Shown piece after piece: positions 57,001-64,000 of a stretch of DNA of 64,000 bases. Positions within the stretch are counted from its first letter, which is position 1. The number at the start of each line of letters is the position of its first letter. The DNA is from Rhizophagus irregularis. Its lineage: Eukaryota. The notes below the pieces were generated by a model that was not told the DNA's origin, made no database searches, and worked only from the letters and a program-made list of their open reading frames with translations. The stretch covers positions 1,736,001-1,800,000 of the forward strand of contig NC_089435.1 of assembly GCF_026210795.1 (NCBI RefSeq), read 5' to 3'. Made by a program: the position numbers and the translations under genes.

Positions 57001-58653
57001 CAATTAATTTTAAAATTTTATTTTTATTTATTTAGATCAAACTCAATTAAAATTTTTTTTTCATTTAGTGGCTGTTAATGATAAAGCTCCATATTCAACA
57101 TTAATTACACATGGATTTGTTATGGGTGAACAAGATCAAAAAATGTCAAAATCATTAGGAAATGTTATAAATCCTAGTACTATAATTAAAGGTGGGAAGG
57201 TAAGTATAATTAGCAACATATTATAATAATATATATTTTTTATTAATTAGTTTATTATAATAGAACGAGCCAGCATATGGAGTAAATGTATTAAGATTGT
57301 GAGTTGCATCATCAGAATATGTTAATGATATTGGTATAGGAAAAAATATCATGAGTCAAGTTGGAGAAAATATTCGAAAATATCGTAATACAGCAAGATT
57401 TATGTTAGGTAATTTAAATAATTTTAAATATAATCAATTAGTTGAATATAAGGAACTTGATTTGGTTAGTAAATTTATTTAATATAGTCATGATTAAAAG
57501 CTAATTTGATTATTTTTTTCATTAATAGATTGATAAATATATGTTACATGAAACCTATAATTTTGGGAAAAATACTAAGATCTTCTATGATGAATATGCA
57601 TTTAATAAAGGTATTTTAAAAACCTTGTTTTTTAACGTTCTATATTAATAAAACCTATTAATCATAATATTATTTTCCTAATAAATATAAAAAAATAGTC
57701 GTTCAGGCATTAAATAATCTCTCAAATGTGTTGTTATCAGCATTTTATTTTGATATTGTAAAAGATAGATTATATGCTGATCATATAACAAGTCAAAGTA
57801 GAAGAAATGTTTTAACTGTTCTTTATCATTCATTAATTGTATTTTTATTTATATAAAAATTACTAATCGGAATTTATTTTTTTATAGATTTTAAATATAT
57901 ATACTATATTATTATCACCAATAGTTCCATATCTTGCAGAAGAAATTTATGATAATTATAAAAACATTAGGCATAAGGAAAATGATAGTGTATTCAAATT
58001 AGGGTGGTATGATTTGGTACATAATTTATTTTAATTTTGCTAATTCTTTTTTTTTTAAAAAAAAAAATTAATTATATTCACTAATTATAGGATGAAAAAT
58101 GGAATAATCAACTTTTGCAACAAGAGTGGAATACTTTAAAGCATTTAAGAAGTGAATTAAATCAGTTGCTGGAAGTTGCAAGAAAAGACAAGTATGCTTT
58201 AATATTTTGATTTTTATTTATTTGATTATCCATTTTTTTTTAAAAAAAATGACGTTTAAAATTTTATTTATATAGATTTATTAAAAGTTCTTTAGAGGGT
58301 AATGTAGAATTATATGTAAATTCTTCAGAATTATTACATTTATTACAAAATCATGGTAATGTAATACATATTATTGCTCATTAAAAGAATTTTAATTTAT
58401 TTTTCTAATCATCCTTTTTGTATTAAATTATTAGATTTAAAATCTATTTTTATAAACAATCTCTTCATCTCCGGAAATGATTGAAAATTGTTCAAATAAT
58501 ACTTCGATATATACTAATGAAGTTGATTTATCTGATGGGATTTGTAAGATTATAATTAAAAGGGCTTCCTTATTTAAATGTCCTAGATGTTGGAATTATA
58601 ATGCACAAACAGAAGGTGAATTATGTAAAAGATGCGAAAATGTTTTAGAATAA
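54041..58653 (+). pseudogene. ileS: Mitochondrial (bacterial-type) isoleucyl-tRNA synthetase, multi-exon, apparently pseudogenised
   Basis: [55 protein letters not shown]; in-frame stops at 55723, 56483 and 57300. Confidence 0.9.
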
Positions 58654-59299
58654 GTAATTTATATTATTTGACTTATCATATTAATACTTAAATTAATATA
58701 TTTTACAAATCATATGAAGTTCACATAATATTTTGTAGTATATATAATAAATTTGTAAATATTTTTATTTAATAAATGAATAAGTTTAATATAAAAAAAA
58801 AGAATTATTTAAATTACATTTAAAATTTAAAATATTGATTAGTAAATATTTTATATATTTTATATAATATTCATTTTATTATTTTTTAAAATTATAAAAT
58901 TAATAAATTACCTTCAATAATACTGTTCATTTTTGATGTATTCTGATTACTTGATTTGTCAAAATCATCAACTAAAAATAAAAACAATTATTTTTAAGCG
59001 ATACATATATTTAATATAACTTTAATAATTACTTACTATTATAAGGAACACTAAAACCATATGATGATGATTTAACATGAAATGTTATTAAATAAAAATG
59101 GTTTTTAATTAAAGATTTTATAAATAAGGCTAAAAAAATCAATTCTATATTACCTTCTTGTTGTTCTGTTATTTCACAAATTAGAAGTGATGATATTATT
59201 AAAAATAGAAATGAAAATATTAAATGGCAAAAATTATTAAAATAATTTACCTTCTGTTGCATTTTTTTGCTTAATGTAGGTTTTCAAATTTATTATTAT

Positions 59300-60050
59300 T
59301 TGTTAAATTATTCGTTTTTATTTTTAGTTGAGGTAATTCATTTGGATTGTTTTGACAATGTGACTCATCTTAATTGATCAGAAATTCGGCATCCCAACAT
59401 TATTCCATTAAACTTTGTATTCTGAACGAATTTCTGATATAACTTTTGGTCTCATATCATTAATAATATTAATTGCAAGATTACAATCATGTTCATAATT
59501 TATAAATGGTGGTTGTCCAGATGAAATTTCCCACATAAGCATTGCAATACTATATATATCCGATTTTAAAGTATATTCTTTTTCATTAATAACTTCGGGT
59601 GCTATGTAAGGAAGATTTCCATATATGCATGTTGATTTATTTGCAGGACCACAAAATCCAAAATCACTAATACACCAAGTATTATAAACTGTGAATATAA
59701 TATTATTTCCAGAATGAAAATCTCTATGAATTGAATTTTCTTTATGAATTTTATAAAGTGCATCAATTGTTAAAAAAGTAATTTTCATTCTTTCTTTCCA
59801 TTTAAGTTGATTATGATTTTGTTGTAAATATTCTCTTAAATTTGCATCCATTCTTCTCATTATAAGCATATAATTTCCATCTGATTGATCTTGTGTTAAA
59901 CCAAAACATTGAACAATCTCTGCATATTTGTTACTTATAGTCAAATGTGATTTAGCCTATAAAAAATGATTTTAAATTTTAGTTTCTTATAAATAAAAAA
60001 ATATATCTTAAATTATTTTAGATTACAAACCTCTTCAAACCAACTTTGAC
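59300..60050 (-). pseudogene. 5'-truncated TKL kinase fragment
   Basis: CFGLTQD, HRDFHSGN, SDFG, YIAPE, MLMWEISSG; frameshift before CWD; N-lobe missing. Confidence 0.8.
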
Positions 60051-61939
60051 TTGAGCGTACGCTTTTTTTTATTTGCTACGTTTTTATTTTCCTCTTGGAA
60101 TAAGAAATTTATTTCATTATATTATTATTATTTATTATTTTTAAGATGTTGGATATAACAGAAATGATGTATGAGAGCCTTGATGCTCTAACCAATAATC
60201 CTTCTATTCCAACAACTCTGACAACCCAAATACTCCAATAACTCCCATGACTCTTTTGACTCCCTTGACTCCATTAACTCCAATCATTCCAATACATTAT
60301 AAAGCATCAATAACGTCTCCATCATATAATATTCCATCTTCTCCGTTACATGAAATGGAAATATTACAACCAAATGATAATTGGAATCATAGACATTTTA
60401 AAATAATTGGTGACAGTAATGATCATTCAAAACGACATTTATCAAGAATTTTCATCATCAACTTTATCATCATCAGAATTCTCAATTTTAACAACAAACA
60501 CTTTAAATTCAACTATATCATCATCACCATATCTTACTCTTCATAATGGTGATTCTTATTTGGATGATTCAGATTTTGAAAATTAATTAATTTTGATGAT
60601 ATTAATATTGATAATTCCAATAACACAAATTTTGATGTAATTATTAATATTGGAGAAGAACCACATGTTAAAAAATTTAGAAGTAATTCAATTATTTTAA
60701 GTAAAAGATCTTCATATTTTTGTACCACTTCTTCTCAATGTTGAGTGAAAAAACATGCTTGTTTGATAAACCAAATATGTCGCCAAAAGTATTTACCGCA
60801 ATATTAAGGTAATTATTAAATTTTTTTTGTCATGTGTACATTCAAGATACTGTATATAACAAACATTTTTTTCCTTCACCCAGGTATCTTCATTTTAGAA
60901 ATATTAAATTAGAGAGATTGGATATAAATGACCTATAACGGGACAAAATGTCCTTGACGAAAAACTCTCGGAGCGTTCGTCGGAGGTGTATGTTGTGTAA
61001 CCCAACCTGAGTAATAATTAGGTTGGGCGTCGTTAGTTAAGTTATTGTGACGTGACTGTTTTTGCCTCGCTGAAGAGGTATTTATATTTGAAAAGTTTCG
61101 TGAATATCGAGTCTTTTTCAGTTTAGTGACCTTGACACCTTTTTCCCAAGCTTTCGAGGCGTCGTTATTTACATGCCAAATCGCTTTAGTTAGGTGTCCA
61201 TGAGTGGTCATAAAAGTGATAGTTGCTTGCCGCGTCTTGTTCGAATGTTGTGTATATTTATGGATCAGATCTGTGAGTTCTGTCGGGATAAGTTGATGGA
61301 CGAGTAATGACTGGAGTGCGATCCAGGGTTAATCAGAGGAGTAAGACAATCTAAAGAATCTATGTCATCTTTTAGATAGTACAAAATAATTTCTTCCTTA
61401 GCGTAATTTTTAGTATCATCTAAGTATCTTACTAGAACGGTATTGGAAGTGATATCACGGTCTTGTTCACGATTATGGATATTTGTGATTTTGGTCATGT
61501 TCAAAGTCAAATGACGGTCGTGTAAAGCGTCAATTCGTTGTATTATAAAAGCACTTATATTAATTTATCATGTGATATGTCGTCGCACTAAGTGTGACAC
61601 GTGATGTTAAATGATTTCCATGAATATTTTCACTCCAGTGACCCGTCCGGGATATGAGGATCAATTTTTTTGTGTCGCCTTATTATTCTTATTTGGAACT
61701 ATTTAGAAGTTAGAACTCATGTTTATATAAAACAAGACTGCTAGTTGCAGTGAGGTTTTTATACTATAGTTTAAGATAAATAAAAATACGCTTTTCCAAA
61801 AATGGCACTTCTGTTTATTTTAAATTATTTATTTGAAATTTCCTTATAGTATATGTACAGCCACAGCCACACAAAAAAAAAAAAAAAAAATACTTAAATT
61901 TGATTCACAATGAAAAATTTTTATGTCGAAAGTTGATCA

Positions 61940-62670
61940 TTGCTCAATTAACTTTTCATAAAAAATTTTTTTTTTATGCAAGAGGCGAAATTTTACGTAC
62001 AGACATGCATATTTATATGTGTTTCAAATAAAAAAGCTCAATTAACTTTTCACAATAAAAAAAATTTTTTTTTTTCATGCAAGAGGCGAAATTTTGCGTA
62101 ATGTATACAACCATGCCTATTTAATTTGTGTTTCAAATAAAAAATCTCAGTTAACTTTTCATAATAAAAAAAATTTTTTTTTTTTTATGCAGGAGACGAA
62201 ATTTTACGTACGGCAATGAATATTCGACTTGTGTTTCAATATAAAAACTTAATTAGCTTATACAATAAAAAAAAAAATTCTTTTTTTATGTATGAAGCGA
62301 AATTTACACACAGATTTATACGAGTGCTACGAAAAGGTGTAGAGTAGTGCCCCCGTGGTGAGTAGAGTATAGCGAGGATGTGACATTATACTCAAGTGAT
62401 AAACAAACATCTCGGCCCAAGCTCGGCCCAGCGGTTTGGCCGGGTGTCTATTCATCACTTGAGTATGTTTCACACCCTTTATGTTACACACTGCCAAATG
62501 TCACCATACTCTACTCACCACAGGGGCCCTACTCTACACCTTTTCGTCTTACCGGATTTTATACACGTGTTTCAATAAAAAACTTAATTAGTTTTTACAA
62601 TTAAAAAAAAATCTTTTTTTATGTACGTATAAGTCGTATAACCATGCATATTTACACGTGTTTCAAATGA
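61940..62670. repeat. ~110-125-bp imperfect tandem repeat array interrupted by an inverted-repeat element
   Basis: Recurring CAATTAACTTTTCA..TTTTATGCAAGAGGCGAAATTTT..GTGTTTCAAATAAAAA. Confidence 0.75.
62330..62546. mobile_element. MITE-like inverted-repeat element
   Basis: CGAAAAGGTGTAGAGTAG..GTGGTGAGTAGAGTAT versus ATACTCTACTCACCAC..CTACTCTACACCTTTTCG; no clean TSD seen. Confidence 0.7.
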
Positions 62671-62758
62671 AAAAAAAAACTATATAATCGCAAATGGATG
62701 ATATAAAAAAAAATAATTTCTTTGGTAAGAAATTTATATATTTATAAGCGATTTCCAG

Positions 62759-64000
62759 ATGAGTGACAATTCAGTAATCGAAGTTAACGATAATGTTAAC
62801 AAAATCGAAATCGAAGTTGATAAAATTGATGATAAAATCGAAGTTGATAAAATTGATGATAAAATCGATGTTGATAAAAATGTTGTTGATAAGTTTTTTA
62901 CCTTCGATGATGAACGACATAATGGTAAATCTATTACTATGGTAGAAATATCACCAAATGAAAAATACCTTATTACTTATAGTGAAGAAGATGGTTCAAT
63001 TGTCGGTTGGAATGTTGAAGATATAGATAAGGTACAACTTGAATTTCATCAAGCTGTTAAAACTAATGGAGATAATAAAGATAAGAAATATGGAATCAAC
63101 CGTTTATGCGTTTCCGATGATAAGAAACTTGCTTATATTACTTATACTATTACTGGTAAGTAATAAATTAGTTGATTATGTAGTTATTAAATTATGGTAG
63201 ATATTTATTTTAATATTTTTTTAGTAATCGATATGAATAATAAAAAAGATATTGCGTTATATTTAAATAAAAAACGTTATCGTCGATACTATTTATATTA
63301 TTGTACCTTTAATTTAAAAGGTGAATTTATTTTATATGGTGAAGTTTATGCTGTTTCTGGAAAACATAAAATTATTTATATTTACTCCACACAAACTAAA
63401 AATAACAAATGGGAATATAAGAGATTTTACGAGATACCTGAAGATTATGAATTAATTAGTATATCAAAATATGATAAAGTTTACCTGTTTTCAAATAATC
63501 ACATTTATGAATGGAATATTAATACTGAAAGAGTTGTAAAAATATTTGGTAATAATAAGGATAAGAATAAGGTAATAAATATTATAAAATTTATTTTCCA
63601 ATCAATATTAAATTATAATTAAATATATAAATATTAATTATTTTTTAGTTTGAAACAAAAAATATCGGAATATTCAGTAATGATGAAAAATTTATTTTTC
63701 TAAATATCAATGATAAAATCATCGTTTATTCAATCGAATTGGGAATTTTTATTGCTTCTTTGGATATAAATGATGGTAACCATTTTTAAAAAATTTTATT
63801 TATACTTTAATTATTACTCATATTAAATCATTATTTTTTATTTAGATATTCAACTATATAATTTTATGTATCATACTGGTTTATTTCTTTTACCTTCTTT
63901 ATTCTATTTTACTTCGGATGAAGAAATCAAATATTGCTGGAACAATAAATACGAAAATATGTTTAATCAAATAAAACCAACTGATGAATCAACTGATGAT
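62759..64000 (+). CDS. 5' exons of a multi-exon host gene with a WD40/beta-propeller-like N-terminus (runs off the window)
   Basis: HNGKSITMVEISPNEKYLITYSEEDGSIVGWNV; GT-AG introns at ~63156-63224, ~63572-63648 and ~63776-63845. Confidence 0.7.

Noticed and set aside
55723..57302. TGA-as-Trp recoding in IleRS
   Set aside because: A TAG also replaces Trp, a splice donor is mutated, and the gene is nuclear with spliceosomal introns.

Overview
Very AT-rich, intron-rich eukaryotic DNA, most consistent with a Glomeromycota (Rhizophagus-like) fungus. This is inferred from the TKL-kinase family genes, the intron style and the repeat content. The first ~42 kb is a nest of mobile elements. (1) A Ty3/Gypsy LTR retrotransposon (<1-10194) has an RT-RNase H fused to a thymidylate/dNMP-kinase-like P-loop domain. 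It is inserted into the DNA polymerase gene of (2) a decayed Polinton/Maverick-like element A (<10195-~18416). (3) A second, degenerate Gypsy element (19161-42061, 4-bp TSD) has its gag split by (4) a complete, young 14,927-bp Polinton-like element B (21007-35933; 482-bp TIRs, TSD). The main candidate new system is the gene set of elements A and B. Both pair a protein-primed PolB and a c-integrase with a retroelement-type Gag and pepsin-like aspartic protease joined by an A-run -1 frameshift. Neither shows a reverse transcriptase or LTRs. The complete element B also has an SF3 helicase and an A32-like packaging ATPase, but no recognisable double-jelly-roll capsid or adenain protease. A and B also share an uncharacterised small gene and the same terminal architecture. 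The remaining ~22 kb is host DNA: MITEs, a Helitron-like end, one intact and two decayed TKL kinase genes, a pseudogenised mitochondrial-type isoleucyl-tRNA synthetase, and the start of a multi-exon gene. All family assignments are by eye from motifs; no searches were run.
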